A DNA stretch of 63,731 nucleotides, filler included, from Octopus bimaculoides (lineage: Eukaryota), in assembly GCF_001194135.2 (NCBI RefSeq). It is 6 parts of 6 records of this genome, joined end to end, with 100 filler letters (N's around TTAATTAATTAA, not from the genome) between each part and the next. Parts side by side here need not be neighbours in the genome. Positions count along the whole stretch, not along the records: positions 33,846 to 58,166 come from NC_068981.1; 5 more parts are not named here. One strand, written 5' to 3'. The notes under the pieces were generated by a model, which was given only the letters and a program-made list of their open reading frames with translations, made no database searches and was not told the DNA's origin. The translations under genes and the position numbers were made by a program. Position 1 is the stretch's first letter; each line of letters opens with the position of its first letter. Below, in pieces: positions 39,545 to 52,491 of this stretch.

Positions 39545-40830
39545 GGAGATCAGTTCAGATTTAAAAAAAATTCAGGGTGTGACTAAGATGGAGCATTATG
39601 GCCAACTCTTCTGCACATAAGGTCCTATTCTGGTCATATACTTTAGCATGGTCTATGATTCTCCAATTGATATCATATTTAAGTGGTCTGTAAGTTTTTA
39701 AGTGGCCATATGTACTTGGATAAAGTACTGTCTTCTCTTCAGATGATGTTTCTGAAGGAGTATGCAATAGAATCAAGATTTGAAAGTATTCTTGGTGAAA
39801 GTTATATATAGTTTAAGTGTGTAGTTAAGCCATCTCCCTGGTACACTATAATCCTTCAAAGCATTGACCTTAGAAAGGGTAATTTCATGAGATTAATGCA
39901 AATTGCGTACCACTACAAGGTTTGGGTTTTTGGTGATGATATTCATATACAAGGCAAAGTTAGCTGCACAACTATAGCTTATTTTCACATTGTTTCTGTT
40001 AAATATTGTAAGGCATATATAATTGCTATATCAAAGAAAAAAACAAACAAAAAACATCTGAAATATATCTTGGCATTGAAACTGAAGACAGTCTGAATCA
40101 CAATATTTTGCATTTACTTTGTATACAGGAATTTGGGTCAATTATAGTTTTATATATTAAATTTGGTGAAAGAGGTCACATTTAAGGATATACTTAACAA
40201 GCATAGTTGATATTCTAAACTACATATTTAATGATATTGGATGAGTGATTAGAACTTTCATTAATGTATGATAGCCGTTTATTGTGTTTTCTAAAGGGAT
40301 GGTAGCTGTTACACTTTAGGATTAGTGTCATGTCAAGAAGAATACTATGCTTAGATTTGTGCGTGTAGTGATTTTTAGATTAAGTTCTGAGGTTTTCCTT
40401 AAAATTGTCCAACTTATGACTGTTCATGTTTTATACTATGAGCCAACCATTATAATATATGCTACAATGAAAGGTACTGGATTTTGCATGTGATAAATGC
40501 AATACGTACAGGCCTATGATCTCATAAATCTCAGCTGAATCTTTGCAATCCAATGGCCAATTGAAGGATGTGTTGTCATCTTTTTTTTCATAGAAATGGC
40601 TTTGTCAAAGGAAAATAATGCTTGTCCAATGTGCACTGTGATATATATATTGTAAAACTGAGCAGATATTAGTAGCTAGAACTTTCATATATTAAATTGT
40701 GTAAATTTGTAAAGTTGCTAGCTGTTAATGCTAGAAGGTCATTTAATTAGGAATTGTTTAAGCTAAAGATGTTGTTCTATAAAAATTCTCATGAATTTTT
40801 TTTTTATCAATTTTTATAAATTTATACTCA
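39545..40830 (-). mobile_element. Heavily decayed PLE of a second lineage, inside an intron of the gene relic
   Basis: Ordered remnants: LFSFDKA..KKKDDNTSF...DSAEIYEIIGLYVL; LKITT..NL...LDMTL.LKCNSYHPFRKHNKRLSYINESSNH; GQC...IVYQ; YI...NTFK; SFRN...STLSKYIWPLK; KYDINWRIIDHAKVY...LCAEELAIM. Confidence 0.78.
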
Positions 40831-40865
40831 TTCAAATGCACAAGTGTGGAATAAGTAATTCTCAC

Positions 40866-41021
40866 CAAAAGGTTCTATTTCAGATAGTTTCCAGTTTTTG
40901 TCTCATTTAAATTGTAACCATAATAAAGTTCTCTCTTTGTTCACAGAAGGAAGATGGTTGGTCACTCTTTGATGAATGGCCAACCATCCATGAAGCATGT
41001 CAATATAATCTCCTTATTTTC
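40866..41021 (-). pseudogene. Relic exon (156 nt, phase 1-1, two stops)
   Basis: ttttctctcatag|GA K*GDYIDMLHGWLAIHQRVTNHLPSVNKERTLLWLQFK*DKNWKLSEIEPF G|gtgaga. Confidence 0.7.
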
Positions 41022-41189
41022 CTATGAGAGAAAATTAATAAGATATAGTTATATTTCCTTTATAAAGCATAGGCTTTATAAACTGTAGGCTAACAAATAC
41101 ATGCTATTTGTGTATAAAATATTTTTATGTACATACACACACAAACACATATATGTACACATTCACACACACACACATACACATTTCAC

Positions 41190-41535
41190 TAGTCTCGTCA
41201 TGGCACTCTGTCGATTATGTGAAATTAACGTGCAAGTGGCTGAGCACTCCACAGACACGTGTACCCTTAACGAAGTTCTTGGGGAGATTCGGTGTGACAC
41301 AGAGTATGACAAAACTGGCCCTTTGAAATACAGGTATAACAGAAACAGGAAGAAAGAGTGAGAGAAAGATGTGGTGAAAGAATACAGCAGGGTTTGCCAC
41401 CACCCTCTGCCGGAGCCTCATGGAGCTTTAGGTGTTTTTGTTCAATAAACACTCACAACGCCTTGTCTGAGAATCGAAGCTATGATCCTATGACTGCAAG
41501 CTCACTGCCCTAAGCACTGGACCATTGCACCTCCA
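41190..41535 (-). mobile_element. Family B SINE, CpG-decayed copy
   Basis: Homologous to 21985-22292 with many CG>TG/CA changes. Confidence 0.88.
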
Positions 41536-41730
41536 CATCACTAATCTAAGTCTGTTGTAAACATACTAACAGGGAAGTAGCATTAAATATTTGTAAAGAG
41601 GGGACAATTATATTTTCCCAAACATTGATAAAATTTTAAATGAGTGAGGAATAATTATTTTAAGCATTATAAACATTTCATCAAATGAAATATATGCAGT
41701 AAAATAAGAATTTCTAATATATGCACACAC

Positions 41731-41916
41731 CTGGTAATTTTGAGGGAAGTGAGTGTTAGTTGAAATTGGTCCCAGTACTTGACAGTACATGACAGGTATA
41801 TATCTTATCAACCTTGGAGGGTTCAAAACTGAGGTTGAATCCAGAATGTAAAGAGACAGAAGAAATATCACAGAGTATTTTGTCTAATGCTCTAATGATT
41901 TTGTCAGTCCACTGCC
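41731..41916 (-). pseudogene. Relic exon (186 nt, phase 1-1, one stop)
   Basis: aactgcatag|GG QWTDKIIRALDKILCDISSVSLHSGFNLSFEPSKVDKIYTCHVLSSTGTNFN*HSLPSKLP G|gtgtgt. Confidence 0.68.
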
Positions 41917-42369
41917 CTATGCAGTTAATTAATATAGACATACAAACAATACTTTAGTGATTCATGATTTTTACAAATTATCTAAAGGGAAAGTAAATTG
42001 CATAGGGGGTTATTACAAAGACCACATTCTAAAAATATTTGTGTATTTAAAGTAGTTAGAAGAAAATAAATTTAAATCACAAAATTAAATATAATACGAA
42101 AGAAAATAAATAAAAGTAAAATCTGCTCAAAAAGACATTGAAATAGAAGTTATTGAAGATGAAGGACATTGTTAAGTAGATGAATTTAAATATTGGTATA
42201 AAACAGTAGGAAGAAATTTGGAATATGAGGAATGAAATGTTATGTTTAAAAAAAGATAAAAAATAAGAAAATAGAAGAAAAATAATTGAATGAAACACTT
42301 AAGTAGACCTGTAATTTGCTGCGTAGTACAGAAAGTGTTAAGGGAGATAAGTCTAAAAGACACTATTAC

Positions 42370-42566
42370 TTATTTTGGGAATGTTAAAGGTTTCCAAAAT
42401 TTAAATGATTTGAAGATTTTTGTGTTGACATGGTGAAACTAACACTGAGTGGCAGTTCCGTAAAGAAAGTATAGTGAATAATAATAATACAATGAAGCCT
42501 TTAGAGGTTGATAGAGTTTGTTACTGCTTGTGAATTGGAATGTCTTGACATAGTTTGCAAAGAAAT
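42370..42566 (-). pseudogene. Relic exon (197 nt, phase 2-1, two stops)
   Basis: tattttccag|A FLCKLCQDIPIHKQ*QTLSTSKGFIVLLLFTILSLRNCHSVLVSPCQHKNLQII*ILETFNIPKI A|gtaata. Confidence 0.65.
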
Positions 42567-42894
42567 CTGGAAAATATACCTTCACTTCAAGTTTGGTAGA
42601 ATGTGTATGTGTGTGTGTATTATACAATCATTTAACAGCCACTTTTTGTGAGACTTTTTGTGTTCTAGGCCAGATGCCCTCTTATTGTCAACCCTTCACC
42701 TGCTTCCAAGGGAGGTAATATTTCTCATGCCCAGAAATGTTTTCCACAGAAGACTGGACAACATCACTTGTATGATAGTGATGCTGGTTTATAAACATCA
42801 CATGATGTCAAGACAATGGTATACACACCGACTCAGACACAGACACACACACACACTCAAATATCTATGGAAATGATGATAATGCTGATGATGA

Positions 42895-43060
42895 TATACG
42901 ACGGGCTTCTCTCATGTTCCTTTTCCAAATCCAATCACAAGGCTTTGGACAGAGTGGGGCCACGGCAGAAGACACTTGCCCAAAGTTCTATATAGTGAGA
43001 TTGAACCTGAGATCACACAGTTAGGAAGCAAGCTTCTTAATCACACAGCCACATGTGCAC
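42895..43060 (-). mobile_element. Family E SINE head/core
   Basis: ccaaatccaatcacaaggctttgg...gaagacacttgcccaaag...aagcaagcttcttaatcacacagccac. Confidence 0.75.
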
Positions 43061-43414
43061 CTATTAATACAACTATATATATATATATATATNNNNNNNN
43101 NNNNNNNNNNNNNNNNNNNNNNNNNNNNNNNNNNNNNNNNNNNNNNNNNNNNNNNNNNNNNNNNNNNNNNNNNNNNNNNNNNNNNNNNNNNNNNNNNNNN
43201 NNNNNNNNNNNNNNNNNNNNNNNNNNNNNNNNNNNNNNNNNNNNNNNNNNNNNNNNNNNNNNNNNNNNNNNNNNNNNNNNNNNNNNNNNNNNNNNNNNNN
43301 NNNNNNNNNNNNNNNNNNNNNNNNNNNNNNNNNNNNNNNNNNNNNNNNNNNNNNNNNNNNNNNNNNNNNNNNNNNNNNNNNNNNNNNNNNNNNNNNNNNT
43401 ATATATGCATGTAT

Positions 43415-43605
43415 GTATTTGTGTATCTGTGTTTATCCCTTCACCATTGCTTGACAACAAATGTTGGTGTGTTTATGTCCCCGTAACTTAGCAGTTCGGC
43501 AAAAGTGACTGATGGAATAAGTACTAGGCTTACAAAAAATTTGTTTGACTAAAGGCCATGCTCCAGCATGGCCACAGTCAAATGACTGAAACAAGTAAAG
43601 AGAAT
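43415..43605 (+). mobile_element. D module of E/D SINE
   Basis: gcttgacaacaaatgttggtgtgtttatgtccccgtaacttagc...gaataagtactaggc...ctccagcatggccacagtcaaatgactgaaacaagt. Confidence 0.8.
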
Positions 43606-43624
43606 TTAAAAAAAGACTAAAACG

Positions 43625-44049
43625 AATATATGGGATGAAGTATTGAGTACATGGGATGAAGTATTGAAGGCCGATCTCAAAACGCTGAATCTTATGAAAG
43701 AGATGAAAAAGGACCAAGCTATGTGGTGCATTGCTGTACTCAAGAAAACCCATCCATCACAACAGAACTGAGACCCTAAAACCAAGGTGTCATGTAAAAA
43801 ACTATGTTGTGGGTGCTGGTAATATGTAAAATGCACTGGTGCTGGTGCCAAGTAAAAAGTACTGGTGATGGTGCCACGTAAAAAGCACCCAGTACACTCT
43901 GTGGAGTGGTTGGCATTAGGAAAGGCATCTAGCCATAGAAAACAAGCAAAAACAGACTATGGAATCTGGTGCAACCCCTGACTTTGCCAGTTCCTGTCAA
44001 GCTGTCCAACCCATGCCAGCATGTAAAAACGGGCATTAAATGTTGTTGT

Positions 44050-44095
<46 letters not shown>
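43625..44095 (+). mobile_element. RTE LINE extreme 3' end with UTR and (GAT)n tail
   Basis: WDEVLKADLKTLNLMKEMKKDQAMWCIAVLKK followed by ggtgccacgtaaaaagcacc...ggttggcattagg...ccaacccatgccagcatg and (GAT)n. Confidence 0.78.
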
Positions 44096-44096
<1 letters not shown>

Positions 44097-44453
44097 ATAT
44101 ATATACAAACACACACAGAGATTATTTAGCACTGCAATATGACAAGATGACTAAACTTTATAGACTGAGCAAGTCAGTTGTCGTTCAGGATGATATATTG
44201 GGTGATGTATTGATTTCCGCAAAGTCACAAGAAGATGGGTGTGAAAATTTGACATATATACTTTATTGTTGATCTTGCCAGCAACTTTATGGCATATTCA
44301 ATGTTTACATTTCACATTTTCACCTACATTCTCTCTTCTGAACCAACATGAAGCAATGTCACCTAACATACCATACTGGATGATATGCAATACACTTGAT
44401 CTAGAAATTTATGACTTCTTGCTATAGTGCACTGGACAGTAACTGGTCAATAA

Positions 44454-44495
<42 letters not shown>

Positions 44496-45129
44496 CACAC
44501 AACACATGTACACATGTGTATGCACATGTATGTATGTGTGTGCATGTACTTGCTTTTTGATGCCCTTCACTACCGACATTTTATCATACATATTCCCAAC
44601 TTGATACTGACAGCATGATGCCATAAATATAAAACAACAAAATATGACACTATTTGAGAAAAAAAAAAACTTGACTTGAATAATATTCATCAGAATCTTA
44701 TTGGCATGAAATTAGCCACAAAATTTAAGGTCATAAAAAAGTAGTAACATTTATCACTATATAAAATACTTATTGCAATATGATATAATGTATAATAAGA
44801 TACTTATTGGAATGGATATCATTGTTTCAACACCCATTTTTCTATGCTTGCATGGATTACATGGAATTAAATGAAGAAGATTATCTATGACTAGATGCCC
44901 TTCCTGTCTAGTAGAGCTATTTTGTGTTTGTTGTGTATGCACTTTTGTGTTGTGGGCTTCAACTAACATATCTGTTTGCATCATTTTGAATCAATCTTAG
45001 GGTGCTTATTACTAGTATTATTTTCTGTTTTGAACACCATATTCTGACCAGTTCCACCTCTGGAAACGTGGCTGGGAAACAAACTTCTTAATCATACAGC
45101 CATGACCATGCTGGTGCTAAACTTTTTCT

Positions 45130-45720
45130 TTATTACTTTTTTTTCTTACTTTGGTTTTCTGAACTACTGCCTACAGAGACTTCTCTTCACATTGTTTAGC
45201 ATGATATTTTGCAATACTATTTCCAGCTTAATTTTTAGCATCTTTATAATTTCTGTTGTCGTGACAGCCCTCTCTCACTTATCTCAGCTTCTGTTTGTAT
45301 TTGTTGGCTCCCTTAAAGATAGACAATAGGTTTTTGTCTTGTGCACAGTTTGTTGCCATCTGTATTAGTTTCCCTTTATTGTTTATTGGATATTTTTGTA
45401 CAGTAGATTATAATAATTTTCTAGTTGCAGAAGACCCTCTCTATATAATATAAATATAATCTTTCTGTGTTGAATTTTGGGTGGTGCATTCTATATACAG
45501 CCAGTATTTTACTTGTTTTCCTGTGTATACAACTAAAACTTATTCCTGAAACATCTAAAGCATTGATGTCTATTACCTTATTTTTGGAAATTAGCTTTCT
45601 TTCTATTATTAATCTAATATGTCTAATATTCTTTCATAACATTTTCTTTCATATGTGTGTATTGTACTCTGTCTAGTTCATTAATTCCAAATATTCCAAA
45701 GTCTGTGTTTGGTACAATTA
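45130..45720 (-). mobile_element. Second decayed R4/Dong-like LINE fragment
   Basis: HIRLIIERKLISKNKVIDINAL... and KILAVYRMHHPKFNTERLYL, the same region as the 1-238 fragment. Confidence 0.72.
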
Positions 45721-45899
45721 TCTCTGTTTCTTTATCTGACAAGTATTAGTGGAATTGTGGTGCTATTATTATTTTATTATTAACATATTATGGACTATTA
45801 TCTCATTGTTAAGATAATTATTTACTAATGATTCTAACATGTTAAATTGTGCGTGTATGTGTGTGCATATGTGCATAAGTATGTGTATGTGTGTGTGTG

Positions 45900-46025
45900 T
45901 GAGAGAGAGACAGAGAGAGAGCGAAAGAGACAGAGAGAGAGAGAAAGGGAGAGAGAGAAAGAGAGAAAGAGAGAGAGAGAGAGAGAAAGGGAGAGAGAGA
46001 AAGAGAGAAAGAGAGAGAGAAATAA

Positions 46026-46107
<82 letters not shown>

Positions 46108-46125
46108 AGAGAGAGAGAGAGAGTA
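45900..46125. repeat. (GA)n-rich tract
   Basis: Interrupted GA repeat. Confidence 0.95.
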
Positions 46126-46494
46126 TCAAAATTATAGCTGGTTATAAGCTTATCTTAACTTCCTGGCATGTGTCAAAGTTCCCACTGATTAGCATCAGAG
46201 CAGAACCATCACCAGATACTTGAGGAAAAAGACATCATTAACCATAACAACACTGAAAAGTGTGTTACACTTTTAACTATTCTCACTATCATTATATTAT
46301 TTTAGGCTTGTTGATGTCTATGGTAGACTGCAAAATCAATCACATATACAAAAACTCTAAGTATAATGAAATACTCCTGTTTATAACCATACAATTATAA
46401 CAGAGTTTGTTTATTTGTAACAGGGAAATGATTTAGTAGTTTTGAGATTTTGTATAAAAACCAATAAGTACAGCACAATAATATATCATCGTTA

Positions 46495-46847
46495 TCATCT
46501 TCGTCGTTTAACGTCTACTTTCCATGCTAGCATGGGTTGGACTAATATATATATATATAAATCCGAACGTGGTCGATGCTAGCCCCCTCGCCCTGACCAG
46601 CTCCTGTGCTGGTGGCACGTAAAAAGCACAATCCAAACATGATCGATGCCAGCCCCCTCGCCCCATCTGGCTCCTGTGCCAGTGGCAATTAAAAAGCACC
46701 CACTACCTTCTCGGAGTGGTTGGCACTAGGAAGGGCATCCAGCTGTAGAAACACTGCCAGATCAGATTGGAATTTGGTGTGGCCTCCTGGCTTGCCAAAC
46801 CCCAGTCAAACCGTCCAACCCATGCCAACATGGAAAACAGATATTAA

Positions 46848-46889
<42 letters not shown>

Positions 46890-46890
46890 T
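46495..46890 (+). mobile_element. RTE 3'-UTR-derived repeat with (GAT)n tail, preceded by an inverted partial copy
   Basis: ggagtggttggcactaggaagggcatccagctgtagaaac...ccgtccaacccatgccaacatgg...(gat)n. 46495-46545 is the same end in reverse orientation. Confidence 0.8.
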
Positions 46891-46924
46891 GTGTGTGTGT
46901 GTATGTATATACAGCGTTTATTTT

Positions 46925-47735
46925 TCTTTTACCTGTTTAAGTCATTTGACTGCAGCCATGCTGGAGCACTGCCTTGAAGGATTTTTAGTTTAACTAATCA
47001 ACCCTAGGACTTACTTATTTAAGCCTAGTACTTTTTCTATTGGTCCCTTTTGCCAAACCATTAAGTTAGGGGATGTAAACACACCAGCACCAGTTGTCAG
47101 GTGGTGGTAGGCACAGGCACAAAGAGACAAACACATATACATACACACACACACATATATACATATTCTTTTATTCTTTTGTTTCAGTCATTTGACAGTG
47201 GCCATGCTGGAGCACTGCCTTTAATCAAACAAATCGACTCCAGGACTTTTTTGTAAGCCTAGTACTTATTCCATTAGTCTCTTTTGCCAAACCGCTAAGT
47301 TACAAGGATGTAAACACATCAACATCAGTTGTCAAGTGATGGTGGGGACAAACACAGACACACAAACATATGCACACACACACACATATATATACGACAG
47401 GCTTCTTTCAGTTTCCATGTACCAAATCCATTCATAAATCTTTGGTCGCCCTGAGGCTATAGCAGAATCACTTGCCCACGGTGCCATGCAGTGGGATGAG
47501 AACCTGGAACCATGTGGTTGGTAAACAAACTACTTACCACACAGCCACTCCTTCGCCTATATATATATATATATATATGATGAGCTTATTTCAGTTTCTT
47601 TCTACCAAAATCCACTCACAAAGCTTTGGTTGGCCTGAGGCTATAGTAGAAGACATTTACCCAATGGGACTGAACTTGGAGCTATATGGTTGGGAAGCAA
47701 GTTTCTTACCACACAGCCATGCCTGTACCTATTAT
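46925..47735 (-). mobile_element. Cluster of E/D SINE modules (D, D, E, E)
   Basis: D at 46930-47140 and 47180-47370; E at 47395-47555 and 47580-47730. Confidence 0.82.
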
Positions 47736-47743
47736 ATGTATAG

Positions 47744-47847
<104 letters not shown>

Positions 47848-47850
47848 GTG

Positions 47851-48311
47851 TGTATATAAGAAAGAATACAAAAATGGGACAAGAACGCAACAGATGACAA
47901 CAAAACATCTAGACAGTTAGATGATACAAAAAGGGACAAGAAAAATCAAGGGTGGGTCATTCGGAATTTTCTTTCATCAGTTGAGTTCCAGATTATCTTT
48001 GCAGTTTCAGCTCGTTATACTCGAGACTGCTCTAATTTGGCCAGCCGTCCTTGTTTTCATATACACTCACTGCTTTCTTCTAAGGAATCTAGTGTTATTA
48101 GCTTAGATTTTCCTTGGGGCTGGCCAGATTGGAGCAGCCTCGAATATAACCAGCCGAAACTGCAAAGATTATCTGGAACTCGACTGATGAAAGAAAACTC
48201 CAAATGACCCATCCTTGTTTTTTGTTGTCCCTGTTTTGTATCATCTGTCTGGATGTTTTGTTGTCGCTTGTTGTGTTCTTGTCCCATTTTTTGTATTCTT
48301 TTTTATATACA
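47851..48311. repeat. ~460-bp foldback made of two inverted copies of a pseudo-LTR-like unit
   Basis: 47851-48050 is the reverse complement of 48118-48311. After a ~33-nt insertion in the left arm, pairing resumes (ctaaggaatcta / tagattttccttgg) with an apex near 48096. Confidence 0.92.
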
Positions 48312-49143
48312 TATAGTAGTGTAGGTACACTTTGGTCTCTTATATGTAAGTACATATATATATATATATATTATATATATATATATATATATANNNNNNN
48401 NNNNNNNNNNNNNNNNNNNNNNNNNNNNNNNNNNNNNNNNNNNNNNNNNNNNNNNNNNNNNNNNNNNNNNNNNNNNNNNNNNNNNNNNNNNNNNNNNNNN
48501 NNNNNNNNNNNNNNNNNNNNNNNNNNNNNNNNNNNNNNNNNNNNNNNNNNNNNNNNNNNNNNNNNNNNNNNNNNNNNNNNNNNNNNNNNNNNNNNNNNNN
48601 NNNNNNNNNNNNNNNNNNNNNNNNNNNNNNNNNNNNNNNNNNNNNNNNNNNNNNNNNNNNNNNNNNNNNNNNNNNNNNNNNNNNNNNNNNNNNNNNNNNN
48701 NNNNNNNNNNNNNNNNNNNNNNNNNNNNNNNNNNNNNNNNNNNNNNNNNNNNNNNNNNNNNNNNNNNNNNNNNNNNNNNNNNNNNNNNNNNNNNNNNNNN
48801 NNNNNNNNNNNNNNNNNNNNNNNNNNNNNNNNNNNNNNNNNNNNNNNNNNNNNNNNNNNNNNNNNNNNNNNNNNNNNNNNNNNNNNNNNNNNNNNNNNNN
48901 NNNNNNNNNNNNNNNNNNNNNNNNNNNNNNNNNNNNNNNNNNNNNNNNNNNNNNNNNNNNNNNNNNNNNNNNNNNNNNNNNNNNNNNNNNNNNNNNNNNN
49001 NNNNNNNNNNNNNNNNNNNNNNNNNNNNNNNNNNNNNNNNNNNNNNNNNNNNNNNNNNNNNNNNNNNNNNNNNNNNNNNNNNNNNNNNNNNNNNNNNNNN
49101 NNNNNNNNNNNNNNNNNNNNNNNNNNNNNNNNNNNNNNNNNNN

Positions 49144-49223
<80 letters not shown>

Positions 49224-50916
49224 AAGAGAGAGAGGTGTGGAAGTGTGTATATGCATACACACATGTCACCATTATTATTTAATATTCATCTTCCATGTTG
49301 TAATGCAATGGATGGTATGATAGGTTTCAATGAGCTGAAGGGCTGCAACAAGCTCCAATGTCTGTTTTGACATGGTTTCTATAGCTGAATGCTCTTCCAA
49401 ACACCAACCACTTTACAGAGTGTACCACAGGCTTTTATTCATAACACCAGCACAAGAAACATCACCAAGCAATGTACAAGACAAAGTAAAAGAGCCCTTG
49501 ACTAAGTAGGGTTGCTGCAGAGAAGAAGTAGCTTTGTACCAGGTGGGGAGAAGCTAAAGTACAATAGATGTACAGGCACAGGTATATTATTATAGAGGAG
49601 ATACACATCTACTCTATATTATCTAAGGATGGGTAGTCAAAAGCAAAATACAGTTGGTAGCAATGAGGTGTCAGAAAGTACCCTCAAGGAAAGTAAGAAC
49701 AAGAGAGAACATGGGCACAGAATTGGGAGAATGGTTGGATAAGTTCATAAGGGTGGGAGAGGAGAGTGACAGATGGTTAGAGATGGAGGTAAATATAGTG
49801 AATGATACACAACATTTGAGGTGTGATCAATGATAAATATCAGTATGGGGAGAAAGAAAGGTGAAAGCTATGGAAATAGGTGAGGAAGGAGTTGGTGGCA
49901 GTACAGGAAGGTTGGAGAATAATAGTCTTATAAGCTTATAAATAGATCAGAAAATAAGGAGATGATGTGGGGAGGGAGAGAGAGAGAAAGATATATGCAC
50001 AGTGACAGAGATGAATGTCAGAAGTATGTAGGGGTAGCTATAGTGAGTGCGATACAATGGTGGTGTCGACAGTAGATATGAGAGGGTGTCAACAGTAGAT
50101 ATGAGAGGGTGTTAAAGAGATGAGATATGCCAATCTCAAGATGTAGCTCAGGGGAAATGTAAATGGTGGCATGGCAAGGGGTGATTGATGGCTCTAAAGC
50201 CACATGGTTTTTGGTTCACTCCTGCTGTGAAGCACCATAGACAAATGTCTGCTACTATAACTCTGAGCTGACCAATACCTTGTCAGTGAAATTGGCAGAC
50301 AGATACTATGTAGAAGCTTGTCACATGCACATACACATGCTTTTATATATGTATGTATGTTGTATGTAAGTATGAAGGTGTGTGTGTATGTGCATGTATG
50401 TTTGTGTCTTACCACTAATGTCTTGACATTGTTTACACTCTATGTAAAATGTCTTCACAGTAGGCAGTCATCATTTACATCTACTACTAAAACATATCCA
50501 GTTTTTGAGTTATTATTTGAAAGACAAAGGGAATAATTACCTTATTTGGAAACAAGTAAAGGTTAGTGACAAAAAGGGCATTTAGCTGTAAAATTACAGC
50601 TTCAATAAAGTCTTTCTAACGCATGCTAGCATGCAAAAAGTGGACATTAAAATGACAATGATGATGATACAAACACATCCCCTCACATAGACACACATAT
50701 GGATGACATATGGACTGTAGCAAATGGAGACACACAAGACCACAGTAAGCGGCTAGATGAAGAGTTGTAAAAGGTGGTGAGAAATATCTAAAATTTTTCT
50801 GGAAAAATTCAGTATTTTTTTTTCATCTTTTATGAACATAAAATCGTTTGCTAAATTATTATTCCCTTAACATTGCCAAACTTTCCACAGTATTCAATAA
50901 CAGTTACACATGATAC

Positions 50917-51287
50917 TTCTACAATTTCTGGTCTTCAATTCTACTGCAGAATTTTGCAGGTGGAGGTTAGGTGAGGTGTTTTCTATATACTAGCGATTTA
51001 ATGATTTTTTTTTCTTGTTTTCAAAATTTATTCTTGTTGGTTAGTTTTAAATTTATGGCTGACCTTTCAACTGTAGGACTCTTTTCTAAATATGGACTGA
51101 AATGGTCACATTTTGAAATTTTTCCCCATCTCCAACCTAAATCTGTCTCCATATTTTCGCCCCACTGCACTTTTGCTTTTCCTTTCTCCTTACCTTCCTT
51201 CCTTCTCTCTTATATCATTAATTCACCAACAAGTTTTTTTCTCAATAATTCGAAGGAAATCGATAATGATTGAAACAAATTTGTAAG
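50917..51287 (-). pseudogene. Probable relic exon (frameshift in A-run, stops)
   Basis: tatattag|CT YKFVSIIIDFLRIIEKK/LVGELMI*ERRKEGKEKGKAKVQWGENMETDLGWRWGK...|gtatca. Confidence 0.45.
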
Positions 51288-51534
51288 CTAATATATAAAT
51301 CAATACATAAATATATTTGACTCTACTTCTTGAAGTATAGAATTCTTTATTTAATATTTGTGAGTACACTTGTTCCTACAAACAAGTACATCCTAATTGT
51401 CATTTTCATAATTTCTACATTTGTTTTCCCATATTGGCATGGGCTGAACATAAAATTTTGAGCCAGTACTTTTTATGGCTAATGTCCTGATGCTGCTTAT
51501 GACGTAGAACGTAATTATTCTACAAACCAGGATA

Positions 51535-52330
51535 CATCATCATCATCATTTAATGTCCGCTTTCCATGCTGGCATGGGTTGGATGGTTTGACTGAGGACT
51601 GGTGAGCCAGAGGCTGCACCAGGCTCAACTTGATCTAGCAAAGTTTCTACAGCTGGAAGCCCTTCCTAACGCCAACCACTCCGAGAGTGTAGTGAGTGCT
51701 TTTACATGCCACTGGCATGTGGGCCAGTCAGGTGGTTCTGGCAACGTCCACACTCAAAAGGTGTTTTTACATGCTACCTGCATGTGAACCAGTCTGATGG
51801 CACTGGCAACGACCACGCTCAAATGTTGTTTTTCACATGCCACTGACAAATGTGCCGGTAAGGTAACGCTGGCAATGATCATGCTCAAATGGTGCTTTTC
51901 CCGTGTCACTGGCATGGGACCAAATCTGTGGCCCTGGCAACGATCACGCTTGGATGTGCTTTTAATGTTTCACTGGCACGAGTGCCAATCAGGTGGTACT
52001 GTCATCAGCCACATCAGCGATTTTGATTTGTTTACACTTGCCTCAACAGGTCTTTGCAAGCAAAGTTCATCGTTCAATGAATGAAGGGTACTCATAACTG
52101 AGCCGGTTAAACCCCACATTCTTATGTGCTTTTAATGCTCCACTGGCATGAGTCCCTATCAGGTGGTACTGTCATCGGCCATGTCAGTGATTTTGATTTT
52201 GATTTCACTTGCCTCAACAGGTCTTTGCAAGCAAAGTTTATTGCCCAATGAATGAGAGGTATCCATAAGTGGGCTGGTTACACCCACTTATGGATACGTT
52301 TTCCATGTTGGCATGGGTAGGACATGGGTA
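51535..52330 (-). mobile_element. RTE 3'-UTR-derived repeat with internal tandem ggcac/cactggca subrepeats
   Basis: (CAT)n then ttaatgtccgctttccatgctggcatgggttgg...cccttcctaacgccaaccactccgagagtgtag. Internal ~175-bp duplication (~51950-52110 vs ~52125-52290). Confidence 0.75.
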
Positions 52331-52491
52331 ACCAATTGTTGGAACTCAATATACTTATAAGGTCCTGTGCTGAGGAAGGGAGAATTGTTAGACCAATAAT
52401 GTGTGTGTGTGTGTGTGTGTAAAGAGAGATAGATAGATAGATAGATAGATAGAAAAATAGATAGATAGATATACATACACATGCAGTTTAC

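Noticed and set aside
48204-49370. Longest ORFs in the track (up to 388 aa), and similar ones at 6.5-7, 17.7, 23, 25, 28.2, 29.8 and 43 kb
   Set aside because: They run through N gaps and consist mostly of X.
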